A stretch of DNA of 64,000 nt. Origin: a virus. Taxonomy: Duplodnaviria; Caudoviricetes. A program made the position numbers and the translations under genes. The stretch is from positions 1-64,000 of the IMG/VR virus record IMGVR_UViG_3300029305_002470; one strand, given 5' to 3'. Shown piece by piece: positions 18,344-29,296 of the stretch; positions within the stretch are counted from its first letter, which is position 1; every line of letters begins with the position of its first letter. A model generated the notes under the pieces. It saw only the letters and a list, made by a program, of their open reading frames with translations, was not told the origin of the DNA and made no database searches.

Positions 18344-19345
18344 TTAAAATATTGACTTTAAATCAACCATTATGGAATCTGTAATATCTCCGCATGTAAA
18401 AGTAATCTGCAATGGTACTTGCGTCATTTTTTTGCATAATAAACTAAACGTATTATTGCCCAATGACTTAAATTCATAGCCCCATTCTGGTGCTCCAGAA
18501 GTTATTGCTTCAACTATATCTGATTGTTTAATATTATCTATGTATAAATTGGCAGTAAAATTCATAGTATAATTTTGTCTAACAAAATCAAATGTAGGTT
18601 CAACAATAATACCATTCAATGGTTCAGATGGTTGTTCTATTTCATTTTCAACATTAGTATTATACGCAATATTATTTACAAAATCATCATATGGAGATAT
18701 CTCATCTAACTGTGTTTGTATATATAGAATCGACTGCCTTCCATTAATCTCGTCAATCATATAATTATTATAACCAATAATCTTAAATGGTCTTCCACCA
18801 AAAAGAAAACGTTTATTGACAACTAATGAAAGCGTATCGTTGTTTGCTTGCACAATAACTCTTACACGATTGTTCGGCGTAATAATGTTATTGTCTACTC
18901 TTGGACTTGCCGCAGTTGCATCATATTCTAAAACACACGGATATTCATAAATAGTTCCATCATAATCTTTCCACTTTAAAACGTTATTGCATCTACGCAC
19001 AATAATATTTTTTGTGGTTCTATTTAATTCATCTAAGTTAATAGCAAGCCAATAAGCATTACTAAACTTATAATAAGCACCTAAATTAACCGTGTAATCA
19101 ATATCTTGAAAGATAAGTTCTCTAAAATCATCACCTTGTTTTTGTCTTGTAGACTTATCCAAAGCATGAATCATACGAACTTCTACTTCTCTGAATTCAA
19201 AACTAGCAAACGGATATTCTTCATCAATAGTTTGCAACATAGTAGTATTATCCCATTGAGAATTAATTAACGCTTGCATTTGTTCACGATAATAATTATT
19301 CGGAGAAGATGGCAATATTCTTTGTTTTGCTGTATAATATAGCAT
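18344..19345 (-). CDS. putative head closure/head-tail joining protein
   Basis: G.Y.KF.N.YWL.I...RRCN..LKW.D..G.I.EYPC pattern of SPbeta-like neck proteins. Confidence 0.55.
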   Translation of the reverse strand: MLYYTAKQRILPSSPNNYYREQMQALINSQWDNTTMLQTIDEEYPFASFEFREVEVRMIHALDKSTRQKQGDDFRELIFQDIDYTVNLGAYYKFSNAYWLAINLDELNRTTKNIIVRRCNNVLKWKDYDGTIYEYPCVLEYDATAASPRVDNNIITPNNRVRVIVQANNDTLSLVVNKRFLFGGRPFKIIGYNNYMIDEINGRQSILYIQTQLDEISPYDDFVNNIAYNTNVENEIEQPSEPLNGIIVEPTFDFVRQNYTMNFTANLYIDNIKQSDIVEAITSGAPEWGYEFKSLGNNTFSLLCKKMTQVPLQITFTCGDITDSIMVDLKSIF

Positions 19346-19360
19346 ACGCCACCTCCTGTA

Positions 19361-19621
19361 TTATTCACTTATTTCTTTATCGCTTAATTTACTTGTGTGT
19401 CTCATTATAATACGGCGAACCTCATCGTGTTCGACATCTTTACCTACAGCCTTTAATCCTTTGAGTGCAATTATAGCATTTGTTAAAGGTTCTGTTGGGT
19501 CTTCCCCTTGTAATTCTATAATAATTCTGGTTAAGTATTTATAATAACAATCATAACCTTCTTCATACATCGGCAAAACCTTAAAAACCTTATTTGCAAT
19601 TTTTTGTTTATTGTTTGCCAT
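19361..19621 (-). CDS. hypothetical protein
   Basis: 86-aa ORF with RBS in the neck block. Confidence 0.55.
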   Translation of the reverse strand: MANNKQKIANKVFKVLPMYEEGYDCYYKYLTRIIIELQGEDPTEPLTNAIIALKGLKAVGKDVEHDEVRRIIMRHTSKLSDKEISE

Positions 19622-19636
19622 CCTTTTGCTCCTTAT

Positions 19637-20083
19637 TTAATTACCGTTAAAGTATGGCAAATTAGTTAAATATTGAAATTGATAATTAGTAGCATCTTGT
19701 TTTGCTTTGCGCCTTAACTCTTCAAGATAAGCTTGTCTTGGTTTAAGATTTTGCCCCGTTGCTAAACGATTAAAATCTACATCTCTCAACGGTTCTTTAA
19801 ATTCTAAAACATCATTAATTTGGTCTGTATACCACATAATTACAGTCCAATCACTAATAATATCAATTTCTACACTAGTTAAATCTTCGTCAAATTCTTT
19901 TGTGTCAGTATTATAATTTAATGTTTTCATACAGCTTACTTCAAATTTTGGTAAACCTTTTAACATATATCCCTCTAATACTGTCTGAAAAGATTCTGCA
20001 TCTGATTCATATAAAGCATCCAATTTATAATCTCTGATTATAATTAATGCCATATCAATAACGGAGTCAAGTGAGGTTGCCAT
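19637..20083 (-). CDS. putative head-tail adaptor
   Basis: Helical 148-aa protein downstream of the capsid genes; RBS AAAGGGGG. Confidence 0.5.
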   Translation of the reverse strand: MATSLDSVIDMALIIIRDYKLDALYESDAESFQTVLEGYMLKGLPKFEVSCMKTLNYNTDTKEFDEDLTSVEIDIISDWTVIMWYTDQINDVLEFKEPLRDVDFNRLATGQNLKPRQAYLEELRRKAKQDATNYQFQYLTNLPYFNGN

Positions 20084-20100
20084 AACATACCCCCTTTATT

Positions 20101-20745
20101 TTATTTTGTAACATCTATTTGTGTAGCATCTTCAATTTCAATCAAATTAATGCCACTAAGATTACTAAGTTCTCCAAGCAGATTATAATCTATAGTATCT
20201 CCTTTAAACTTTGATTGTTTGACTAATTCAATAATGGTTCTTTTTTGTACATCATTAGCCATCTTATAAAGTTCAATCGCCTTATTAACATCAACAGACA
20301 ATATCTTTTTTAACTGTTCTGGGTTTAAAACATTTTTATAATTATTCTTCAACCTTAATTTGTTAACAACACGCTCATCTAAGATATAAAATCTACCATT
20401 TCTTGCCATATCTCTATTAAGTCTTACAATTTCTTTCAAAGACGCATAATCTATGAATTGTTCTTCATACATTTCATCAAATGAAAATAGAACTGCTCCA
20501 CCATCTCCAACAAGATTTAACTTATTAGGTGTTAAGCTCATGACAAGAATTTCTTCATCAGCACTTATATCATCACTAACATTGTTATTAGTATTATTAT
20601 TTACAGCAGTATTATTTTGCAACGCATTCATCAGCATTTCAATTTGCTTACGCTGTTCTTCTAACTGTGCTTCTAATTTTTTAATTGTTGTAGTATTCTT
20701 CTTTTCTGTAGCATTATCAGATGCTGTCTTTTTAGTATTTGCCAT
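20101..20745 (-). CDS. hypothetical head-associated protein
   Basis: 214-aa ORF right after the major capsid gene. Confidence 0.55.
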   Translation of the reverse strand: MANTKKTASDNATEKKNTTTIKKLEAQLEEQRKQIEMLMNALQNNTAVNNNTNNNVSDDISADEEILVMSLTPNKLNLVGDGGAVLFSFDEMYEEQFIDYASLKEIVRLNRDMARNGRFYILDERVVNKLRLKNNYKNVLNPEQLKKILSVDVNKAIELYKMANDVQKRTIIELVKQSKFKGDTIDYNLLGELSNLSGINLIEIEDATQIDVTK

Positions 20746-20775
20746 ATTTACTATCCTTTCATTCCATTATAACAA

Positions 20776-20800
20776 TGGGGCAACCCAAAAGATTGCCCCA
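20776..20800 (-). terminator. hairpin/terminator after major capsid gene
   Basis: TGGGGCAA/TTGCCCCA inverted repeat; weak U-tract. Confidence 0.55.
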
Positions 20801-20817
20801 AGAATATTTTATACAAA

Positions 20818-21927
20818 TTACGAGAACTGTACACAGCCAGCTACAGCATTTGAAAGGAACTCAAATGCCCATCTCTTATTAATTGTAGCATCGCTTGTCA
20901 GATTTGCATTATCGTAATAATCATTGGAATTTGTAAGGTCACTACCTTCAAGTACACCCTTAACCAGTTTATCACTAGATGGTGAAATGATATAAACTTC
21001 ATTATCATTCAGAGCCAAATCAAATGTAGCATAATCACCAGTAGCTACCTGCGGAAGAACCATAATATCGTAATCGAAGAAGTTCTTAATCAGGTGGATA
21101 CCCATGTTATTACCATCAGTATTAATTCTCCATCCGTCAGCTCCGTTTGGTAAAATATGAGCAATAGCACTTGTAGTACCAACGATTATAGCCTTTGCAC
21201 CACCGTTATAAGCAGTAACTCTTTCACAAATCTTAAGAAGGTCAGCCTGACTATATCCAGTAACCTTAAGATTAGCAGGCATAGTAACCGCAGTCAGTCC
21301 TGCTCTCATTGCGCTGTAAGCATCCTTAGTCATTTCTGTTTCAATAGAAACAACAGCTTTCCTTACAAATTCAGCAAGTGATTCAAGACCTGCAAGAACC
21401 TTGTACATTGAAACCTGTGTTGTAATAACATGATTAACAGCAACAAGAGTCTTAGTTGTCTTAAATTGCTTCTGTACAAAACTTGTACGTTGAGCATTTG
21501 CCCCCTGTGATACAGTCATCAGACTTCTTGGAGCAACCTCAAATGAAGCGGAATCACCAAATCCAATATTTCTCATCTCGGTATAAGTACCAATAGAGTT
21601 AATCAGTGTAAGAGGGAGTACCGCATCAATCATTGCCTCAACAACAGCAAATGTAGCCCATGTTACCATAGGGTTCTTTGCCATTCTTCTAGCATTGTCG
21701 GCATTTATCTCTACACCTGCAAGCTTCTGAACTTCAGACAGAAGCTGAGTATGCATTTTACTTTCCTTCTCAGCGAGTGTACAAGAAGCATCATATGCAC
21801 CAATATTTCTCTTTTGTGTCTCATCCATGTAGTGGCAGAAATAATCTTGGAATAATTCATATACCAGTTTGCTATCTGCATCTGTCTGAGCCGCAAAGTT
21901 CACTACATTCATAGGAAGTTTTGCCAT
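20818..21927 (-). CDS. major capsid protein
   Basis: 369 aa, follows protease/scaffold and decoration genes, strong RBS, followed by a hairpin. Confidence 0.8.
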   Translation of the reverse strand: MAKLPMNVVNFAAQTDADSKLVYELFQDYFCHYMDETQKRNIGAYDASCTLAEKESKMHTQLLSEVQKLAGVEINADNARRMAKNPMVTWATFAVVEAMIDAVLPLTLINSIGTYTEMRNIGFGDSASFEVAPRSLMTVSQGANAQRTSFVQKQFKTTKTLVAVNHVITTQVSMYKVLAGLESLAEFVRKAVVSIETEMTKDAYSAMRAGLTAVTMPANLKVTGYSQADLLKICERVTAYNGGAKAIIVGTTSAIAHILPNGADGWRINTDGNNMGIHLIKNFFDYDIMVLPQVATGDYATFDLALNDNEVYIISPSSDKLVKGVLEGSDLTNSNDYYDNANLTSDATINKRWAFEFLSNAVAGCVQFS

Positions 21928-21968
21928 TTTCTTAATCTCCTTTATTATATTTTTAATAACACCAAAAA

Positions 21969-22526
21969 TTAGTTATTGGTGCATTCAAGAATCCAAGCAT
22001 CAACAGCTTCTCCGCCGATTGCACCATTAGCAATAATAATAGGCTCTTTTGCAAAAATCTTGAACTGAAGTCCAGCGAAATTAGAAGTAGCAGAAGCCAC
22101 AGCCTTAAATGAACCATTAGATTGAATTTCTACATAAGTAGCACCACTAACGCTTCCTGGGTCATAACCATCAGCGAAAAATTCAGCAGTAACCTGAATC
22201 AGGTCAACGCCAGCAACAGGCTTGAACATATCAAAAGGTCTACCCTTAACGTTTGTAAAATCTCTAGGGTCTACATCAAGTCCTCTAAATTCAAGAGAAC
22301 CATCCACTGTAGAAATAACCTCTGGAGAATAAGCAAGCCATAAATCTTTTGCTACGCCAGAAGCAGGAGTTACACTAAATACATGCTTCTGTCTAGCATC
22401 TGTGCTCTGTACGCCACAAACAAGAGCAGTACCATTATCTACATCGGCAGTTGCATATACACCTACTCTGTTCAGGGCATCAACATTCTCTGCCATTACA
22501 CGAGTTTGAACAAGTACATTTGCCAT
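21969..22526 (-). CDS. capsid decoration/cement protein
   Basis: 185 aa between scaffold and MCP, strong RBS. Confidence 0.6.
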   Translation of the reverse strand: MANVLVQTRVMAENVDALNRVGVYATADVDNGTALVCGVQSTDARQKHVFSVTPASGVAKDLWLAYSPEVISTVDGSLEFRGLDVDPRDFTNVKGRPFDMFKPVAGVDLIQVTAEFFADGYDPGSVSGATYVEIQSNGSFKAVASATSNFAGLQFKIFAKEPIIIANGAIGGEAVDAWILECTNN

Positions 22527-22555
22527 TTCTTTTATCTCCTTTATATATTATTTAA

Positions 22556-24304
22556 TTATATTGAATCCCACTTGCTTGTGGACTCTTTTGCAATAGGTTT
22601 AGGAATAGCCATAGACCAAATACTTGCAGACATTTCTTTTCTTGAACCATTATCAAATGCAAGAGCCTTGGCTTTATTTTTCCATCCATCAATATCAGAA
22701 AGCTTGCAAGCAAGACCTTCTTCTTTTAAGCTTTCAAGAGTTTCACTATCAACACACTCTCTAAGTTCTTCAAGTGTCTGTTGCACCGCAAAATCTCTTT
22801 CAGCATTTTCTTTATCTTCTTTATACTTTTTAAGTTCAGCAATCTCTGCGTCTTTTTCCATTATAATATTTTCGAGTTCGCTGATTTTCTCATCTTTCTT
22901 TGCCATTTCTTCTTCGGAGCATTCACACTCATCAGTGTCTTTATCGCACTCTGGACATTTTTCTTCATCTTCGCCCATTTCTTCATCTGAACACTCTTCT
23001 TTGTCAGCATCATCTTCACTGCCATCGACCTTATCTTCCATGTCTTTGGCATCTTTTTCGTCATCTTCCTTAGAAGTTTCATCTTCTTTGGACGCATCTT
23101 CTGCCTTATCATTGTCTTCTGCTTCGGCTTGTACTTTATCTTCCTTTTTTGTATCCCAATAAATATCAGCCTCAACATGTTTATCATCATCGTCAACTTC
23201 TACTTCAGCATCGACACGATAACGAACATCATCAATAGTGAAGATAATATGGTCTTTCTCAACAGAATCTACATAAGCATCCTTACCTTCATGCTCTTGC
23301 ACTTTGGCAATAATGTCGCCCCATGCTTCTCTGCCTTCAATCTCAAATTTTACAGACATATTTTCTTCCTCACCTTCTTCTGCCAATTTAAATTTCTTAT
23401 AAAGCTTTTCAACTTTAGAAACCACATCAGTTTCATTATGTTGTTTTGCATAAGCCAAAGCACTAGCCAATGCAAATCTATTATAATAAAAAGTATTATC
23501 TATTAATTCCATGACAGGATATTTTAATTTTTCAGATGGTGCATCTTCCCAACCATCTTCAACTTTCAAATATACCTTATCAACAAGTTCAGAACGATTA
23601 GAAGCTTCCATAATTTTATTTCTAAGCTCCGTTTTATCAACATCGCCCCATGGAGTATCTTTTAATTCTGTAGTATTAATAGAATAAGACTTATTTTCAA
23701 ATTGTATAATTTGCTCACGTTCTGCAAGCTTTTGCCATACAGATTTATAATATTTTTCACAATCAGATTGCACCGATGTATCTTCAAATCTTTTTATATT
23801 AATAGTAGAGCCAGGAGATGACGGTCTTACAGACATACCTAATACGGTTACACCCATAATATTAAAACGTTTAGCAGTAGTTCCATTATCATTTGGTTCT
23901 TCTTCTACGCCCATCTCTACACTAACAGACCTTGTATTATTTGCTTGTGTAAATATATTACAAAAATCTGAAGCATACTGTTTTGAAATTACCGCATCAG
24001 CAACTCCACGCAAAAATCCTTGACGATTTCTTATATATCTTACTTCTTGCTCTCGTGGAAAATAACCAACTATAACTTCGTCTGCCGCATGTCCACTTGC
24101 ATCTCCATAAGCAACTTTAGCTACTAAAAATTTACCTAATACGGTAGAAGCACATTGCTTAAAAACTTCTTCTGAAATATCAATTTTATGAGTATTAGCA
24201 TTCGTGCCAAGAAAATCCACAGCACCAACAATAAATTCATCTTCAGAATAGTTCTCCATATTAATAGTCATCAGTGCGCCATCTGACATTTTATAAATTG
24301 CCAA
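22556..24304 (-). CDS. prohead protease fused to acidic scaffold
   Basis: DASGH, VSVEM, GVTVLG...PSSPG protease-like motifs; D/E-rich coiled-coil C-terminus; SPbeta YonD-like position. Confidence 0.75.
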   Translation of the reverse strand: MAIYKMSDGALMTINMENYSEDEFIVGAVDFLGTNANTHKIDISEEVFKQCASTVLGKFLVAKVAYGDASGHAADEVIVGYFPREQEVRYIRNRQGFLRGVADAVISKQYASDFCNIFTQANNTRSVSVEMGVEEEPNDNGTTAKRFNIMGVTVLGMSVRPSSPGSTINIKRFEDTSVQSDCEKYYKSVWQKLAEREQIIQFENKSYSINTTELKDTPWGDVDKTELRNKIMEASNRSELVDKVYLKVEDGWEDAPSEKLKYPVMELIDNTFYYNRFALASALAYAKQHNETDVVSKVEKLYKKFKLAEEGEEENMSVKFEIEGREAWGDIIAKVQEHEGKDAYVDSVEKDHIIFTIDDVRYRVDAEVEVDDDDKHVEADIYWDTKKEDKVQAEAEDNDKAEDASKEDETSKEDDEKDAKDMEDKVDGSEDDADKEECSDEEMGEDEEKCPECDKDTDECECSEEEMAKKDEKISELENIIMEKDAEIAELKKYKEDKENAERDFAVQQTLEELRECVDSETLESLKEEGLACKLSDIDGWKNKAKALAFDNGSRKEMSASIWSMAIPKPIAKESTSKWDSI

Positions 24305-24503
24305 AACCGCTCACCTCTTTTCTGTTTTTTAATTCATTACAAGTGTTAATAAGATGTTCTAATAAATGACTTTTCTTATAATAATAAATATAATTATCAT
24401 AATATTTTGGAATAAACCCAACTTTCTGTAAATAATCATTTATTTCAGCATCCTTAACTGCTATATAAAGTTTACTACACATAGGTTTTTGTCTTAATAA
24501 CAT
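24291..24503 (-). CDS. hypothetical protein
   Basis: Small ORF overlapping the protease start; exact start uncertain. Confidence 0.45.
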   Translation of the reverse strand: MLLRQKPMCSKLYIAVKDAEINDYLQKVGFIPKYYDNYIYYYKKSHLLEHLINTCNELKNRKEVSGFGNL

Positions 24504-24511
24504 TTTATCAC

Positions 24512-26230
24512 CTATGCCCCCGATGTATCATAATCACTACTATTTGTAGAACTATCAGCCTTACGTGGTCTACCTGGTCTTCCAGTATGTATATAATTTG
24601 TTCCTTCTTGATTATAATTTGATGCATTACCGCCTTGATTATTTTCATTAGAACCACCATTAATACCACCAGCCACACCAGGAGTAGTAAATATAGACTG
24701 TAACGAAGAACAATTCTTCATCCAAGAATCATCAGCACTGCTCTCCAATAACATATGACTAAACATCACTGGGTCATATCCAAAAGCACTTGCAAATGCG
24801 GTATCATTTAATACAATACCAGTTTGAGCAAGCTTCATAATTCCCTCTTTACGCCATTCTCTTTCGAAACCATAAACACTACCATCAAATGCAAATTTAA
24901 ATTTATAATGTTTTGTTAATCTATTCACATAAAAATCTAAAAAATTATTAAATTGTGTATAAACTTTACGCATTACATTATAATCTGCAAGTATAGCGTT
25001 TCTAATTTCTTCTTGAGACATTTTATCAGAAGAATATAAAATTCTACTTGCTCCAGCACCGCTAGCTAATGTAGTCTTATATTGACTTTCAGCCATAGAA
25101 GTATTCTCATCTTTATATTGATAAAACTTAGTTTCTTCTGATGGCATCGCTCCAACCACAACATGCTTACCAATTGCATTTTTAACAATTTGTAAAAGCG
25201 TACCAAGTCTAACAGGGTCAAAAGCGGTAGCATTTGATTCATTAGATTTAAGCATCTTTATTTCTCCAATAAGATATGCATATGCACCCAACGCATCTTT
25301 ATCATATTGAAGTTTTCTTGTTGGTATATTCATAATGGCATCACGCATAAGCGATGCTAAAAATGGTACATCATTAAATGTAGAATCATCTAACTTAAAT
25401 ACCCATGCACCACTAGGCAAACCATTATGTTCATATATAGGACTTGTCTGTGTCCAATAAGCAAACATACCAGTACGCTTATCTAGTTTATTAGTTGGAT
25501 TATAATTATAATAAACTCCGTTGCCACTATACATTCTGGCCATAAATTCTTTAAATACTGGGTCAAAACCATCTATGTCTACGCCTGGTTGTAAAAAATA
25601 ATTCATATCAAAATCATATAAATATCCTTTTTCCCATGCACCAGTAATTAAACAATATTCTTGCGGCATTAATTGTAATGTATATTGTGGGTTATTTATA
25701 TCATTATTATTTCGCAACCAATAAAAAGCTGTTTCACTACGCATCATTTGACGCACAACTTTTAAAAACTCTTTCTTATAATTAAAATGAGTTAAAAATT
25801 CTTCAACCTTTTGTTTATCTTTTTTATATTTAGGAGTGCTAAACTCACTTTTATTTTTAACATTAACACATGTATAAGATAAATCAAAAGATAATATATT
25901 GGCATAATATTCAAGCAATCTTTTGAATGTTATCTCTGCCAACTCCATCCACTCTTGATAATTCCTAAGTTCTTTAGCATTATTTTTTGCATTTCCTAAT
26001 GCTTTTACTAAAGCATCATAAGTCGGAGTTTTAGGGTTGTTATTAAGATTAATTAAATTTTGATTTAACAGAGAAGGGGTAAACATATTATTTACATTTA
26101 ACAATGTATCACTAAACGCAACCGCAACTTCTTTTAACCATTCTGCTTGTTCAGCAGAAAGCATTTCATGAAAATCATTTGCCAACCTTATTATACCCCC
26201 TTTCTTTAAACTAACATTATATTCTTCCAA
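24512..26230 (-). CDS. portal protein
   Basis: 572 aa between terL and protease; SPbeta YonE-like position. Confidence 0.8.
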   Translation of the reverse strand: MEEYNVSLKKGGIIRLANDFHEMLSAEQAEWLKEVAVAFSDTLLNVNNMFTPSLLNQNLINLNNNPKTPTYDALVKALGNAKNNAKELRNYQEWMELAEITFKRLLEYYANILSFDLSYTCVNVKNKSEFSTPKYKKDKQKVEEFLTHFNYKKEFLKVVRQMMRSETAFYWLRNNNDINNPQYTLQLMPQEYCLITGAWEKGYLYDFDMNYFLQPGVDIDGFDPVFKEFMARMYSGNGVYYNYNPTNKLDKRTGMFAYWTQTSPIYEHNGLPSGAWVFKLDDSTFNDVPFLASLMRDAIMNIPTRKLQYDKDALGAYAYLIGEIKMLKSNESNATAFDPVRLGTLLQIVKNAIGKHVVVGAMPSEETKFYQYKDENTSMAESQYKTTLASGAGASRILYSSDKMSQEEIRNAILADYNVMRKVYTQFNNFLDFYVNRLTKHYKFKFAFDGSVYGFEREWRKEGIMKLAQTGIVLNDTAFASAFGYDPVMFSHMLLESSADDSWMKNCSSLQSIFTTPGVAGGINGGSNENNQGGNASNYNQEGTNYIHTGRPGRPRKADSSTNSSDYDTSGA

Positions 26231-27468
26231 GCATCTTCATCAAATTCTTCTACTTGGTCTTGTTTCGATAATTTATTTTCTAATATATTAAAAAACATAT
26301 TTCCATATGCCAAAGTAACAATACGGTCTTTGGTAAATGAACGTGGTTCTTTTAACTTTATTTTACCTTCACGCACTTCTTGCCGTAGAGAGATAGCTTC
26401 TTGTACTAAAAATTCCGTTTGAGTGAATGGTAATTTTTCTCTCATACGTTCTGTACTTGTCATCTTAATATAATCTTTACGTTTTACTAATTCAGTATCA
26501 AAAGAAACATCATCTATTAATAAACGTAATTTATTATCAACCATAGATGACCGTAATGCTCTCCACATTTTATCATTAAATTCTAAAGAACCTTGAACTG
26601 GAACCACAACAGGTTTTGCTTTTGGGTCAACAGTTCTTGAAGCTAAATCATTAATCTTGGCTTCCGTTAAAAAATGAAGTTTATTATCTGTAACAACAGT
26701 AAATCCACTACTATCCCATATATTATTATCTCTTGTAGGATGTATATATGGTTTTGTTAATGCAGTATATCTATCTTCTCCACCTGAACGTAAATCAAGA
26801 ACAATATAATCAGCTTGATAATCATAAAACAATTCTCTTATCCTACGTTGTGTTAATTCAGATTCTCCACCACTTAAAGTTTCAAGATAATCTAAATTAC
26901 GAATCATTTCACCTTTATCATAAAAACCACTTTGACATTCTATAACAGTATTATCGTTTGCCTCATATTTATTTACGGTATTAGAAAACGCAAAGTCAAT
27001 TACAATAAGTCTAATTTCATTAGATTTTTTATCTCTATTTTGCATCTTAATACCATTAATAAATTCTGTTTCTGTAGGTGGTCTAAAAGCTTTATGCATC
27101 TTTTGACATTTACGTAATAACTCTAATGGGAAATATGCATTTTCTGCTTCACCTAACGCTTCATTAAGATATTCCATACGAATATCAGCCTCAGATGTAG
27201 TCTTCTGGATTTTTTGCCACTCCCCCACGGTTTTGAGCCCGTAGCGTAAGCTTGTATATATATCAGCCGCAAAGAAATTATAAGGGACACTCTTGTTTAA
27301 AAAAGATTCTTCTACAACTCTCTTAAACAATCTGTAATACCACTCAGCTTTATAACGTGCTGACGTTATATATATAGATATACCTTCTTCATAATATGTA
27401 CTATCTTCTGAATATTCTTCTTTTTGAAGATATATAGGTTGACGAGGATGAAGCATCGGTGTTATGTT
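26206..27468 (-). CDS. terL: terminase large subunit, exon 2 (5' boundary uncertain, 27456-27480)
   Basis: HPRQP, YITSA (motif III), LIVIDFA and YIVLDLRSGG nuclease motifs, KDRIVTLAYG. Confidence 0.85.
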   Translation of the reverse strand, partial: NITPMLHPRQPIYLQKEEYSEDSTYYEEGISIYITSARYKAEWYYRLFKRVVEESFLNKSVPYNFFAADIYTSLRYGLKTVGEWQKIQKTTSEADIRMEYLNEALGEAENAYFPLELLRKCQKMHKAFRPPTETEFINGIKMQNRDKKSNEIRLIVIDFAFSNTVNKYEANDNTVIECQSGFYDKGEMIRNLDYLETLSGGESELTQRRIRELFYDYQADYIVLDLRSGGEDRYTALTKPYIHPTRDNNIWDSSGFTVVTDNKLHFLTEAKINDLASRTVDPKAKPVVVPVQGSLEFNDKMWRALRSSMVDNKLRLLIDDVSFDTELVKRKDYIKMTSTERMREKLPFTQTEFLVQEAISLRQEVREGKIKLKEPRSFTKDRIVTLAYGNMFFNILENKLSKQDQVEEFDEDAWKNIMLV

Positions 27469-28701
27469 CGTATAAGGTCGCAACGCTTATACCGTTCTCT
27501 TATGAACTGCTTATATTTTCATATAAGACCAGACTATATGTTTTTCTTTTATTCTATATCTTTTATAATTTCACAATATTTATTATCTGTAGTACACAAA
27601 TAATAAATAGCTTCTTGTAATTCTCCTATGGTTGGTGCTTCATAATTCCCTTTTATACGAATAATCTTAAATCCTTCTTGATATACAAATGCATCTCTAT
27701 TAGCATCTTGCTTTTTTCTATTTTTATGCCAATACTGACCATCATATTCAATGTCAATCTTGCAACCATTGACATCTATCATACAATCCATACAAATTCT
27801 ATCGTATATATATGATGGATGTGCATTATTACCATATAAAGATATTAACATATCGCACATTATTCTTTCAACTTTAGATGTTGGATAATGACCATTGGCT
27901 AGTCTTGTTCGCCAATACTTATTACCAAACTCATCAGTTTGAGAATACCAATCTACACCATATTTTTTGCGCATAGTATTATGATATTTTTGTTTACTTG
28001 CAGGACATTGTATAGTATATTCTACACCATATATATCCATCATAGACCTTTTAATCTTTTGTTTAATATCTTCGTTTTTAAAAACACAATTACACCCATA
28101 TTTTTTTATATTAGTTTGTTGTGTCTTTAAACTTCGACATTTATAAGAAGAACAAGCGTCTATTGTGTCATCTTTATCATGTCTACTACGCCACTCTTTA
28201 TATGTTTTTGTATACTCTTTACCACAAAAATCACATTTTACTGTTATTATTGCAGTACAAGATTTTGATAAATCATTTATATCAACTTCAAACTCATCAC
28301 CACATTGTGTGAAACGATATCCTAAATCCACATATCGTTTTTTATTAGCGTTATTCCATTTTAATAATGTTGTTTTACTTACTATCATTTTTAAATTCAC
28401 TAATATATAATAAAAGAAATCAAATTTTTCCATTGCCATTAGCTTGCAATGTACTCCGACTCAATCGGATAGTCGTTGAAGGTCTTCCATATATTATAAA
28501 TAATACTTAGGACTTTCCCTGCTGAACTTCCATTGTTGCTAAATACTTAGGATTTAACCTTATATTCATCTTGTATCTTTTTTCTGTTTTCACAACCATT
28601 CAGTTTATTGTTTCCAATTACTGTTTAGGCATACAAGCTTTAGGATTTACCAGCAATTAACTTGAAGTACGTACCAATTACTTGATACGCAGAGCCTACT
28701 T
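27469..28701 (-). mobile_element. group I intron in terL with homing endonuclease (boundaries approximate)
   Basis: AAUUGCUGG (P), UUCAGCAGG (Q), UUCAACGACUA (R), AACAUAUAGUCU (S), P9 CUUAUAU-GAAA-AUAUAAG; ORF in L8. Confidence 0.85.
27549..28439 (-). CDS. intron-encoded homing endonuclease (Vsr/DUF559-like)
   Basis: CDFCGK zinc motif, KKYG/MMDIYG/RKKYG repeats, KIDIEYDGQYWH...D..RD...G.KIIRI; probable true start ATG 28388. Confidence 0.8.
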   Translation of the reverse strand: MAMEKFDFFYYILVNLKMIVSKTTLLKWNNANKKRYVDLGYRFTQCGDEFEVDINDLSKSCTAIITVKCDFCGKEYTKTYKEWRSRHDKDDTIDACSSYKCRSLKTQQTNIKKYGCNCVFKNEDIKQKIKRSMMDIYGVEYTIQCPASKQKYHNTMRKKYGVDWYSQTDEFGNKYWRTRLANGHYPTSKVERIMCDMLISLYGNNAHPSYIYDRICMDCMIDVNGCKIDIEYDGQYWHKNRKKQDANRDAFVYQEGFKIIRIKGNYEAPTIGELQEAIYYLCTTDNKYCEIIKDIE

Positions 28702-28702
28702 A

Positions 28703-29296
28703 CTCAAAAATACTATCAACATCACCCTTTTTAAGCAGTCTACATTCTTCATATACAAGTAATGTAGCTCTCGAACCTCTTGATGAATCAACAGGTGGTA
28801 ATACTTTAATAGAACTACCATTAAAGAAATTAACTTCAACTTCATCTTTAGAAGATTTAATAGTTATCATACCCTTTTCATACATATATTTTAATACAGG
28901 TGATAACTTTTTAATAAGTTCATTTTTAATTTTATGCTCGACCATTTTACGACCCTGTTCAAGAGTGGATGCTGTAATAACAGCTTCAGTATATGGTTTT
29001 AATAAACAAACACAAATACAATAAAGAGCTACAATAAAACTCTTAGAACTTGCCCTGCTACATATACCAAACCAAACTTGACTTATGCCCATCATATAAA
29101 GCATAATACGTTGAAACGGTCTTAATTTTATCCTTAATTTATCTTCGGCATATATATCAATATTACGTCTATAAAATGTTGTCCATTTTTTTATTTGGGT
29201 TTTACGCTCTTCTTCTGTTAATTTAGGTTTAATAGATTTATCGGTTTCACGCTTCATACGAATAACTTTATTTAAATCTTTACGGTCATTCGTCAT
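28703..29296 (-). CDS. terL: terminase large subunit, exon 1 (ATPase)
   Basis: LRPFQ, SRASSKSF Walker A variant, RGSRATLLVYEECRL Walker B. Confidence 0.88.

Noticed and set aside
22383-23162. 259-aa plus-strand ORF
   Set aside because: Antisense shadow of the D/E/K-rich scaffold region; Ser/Phe/Leu-rich translation and no RBS
26206-27483. terL C-terminal half as a separate gene starting at TTG 27483
   Set aside because: No RBS, and the start lies within the intron 3' structure; better explained as exon 2
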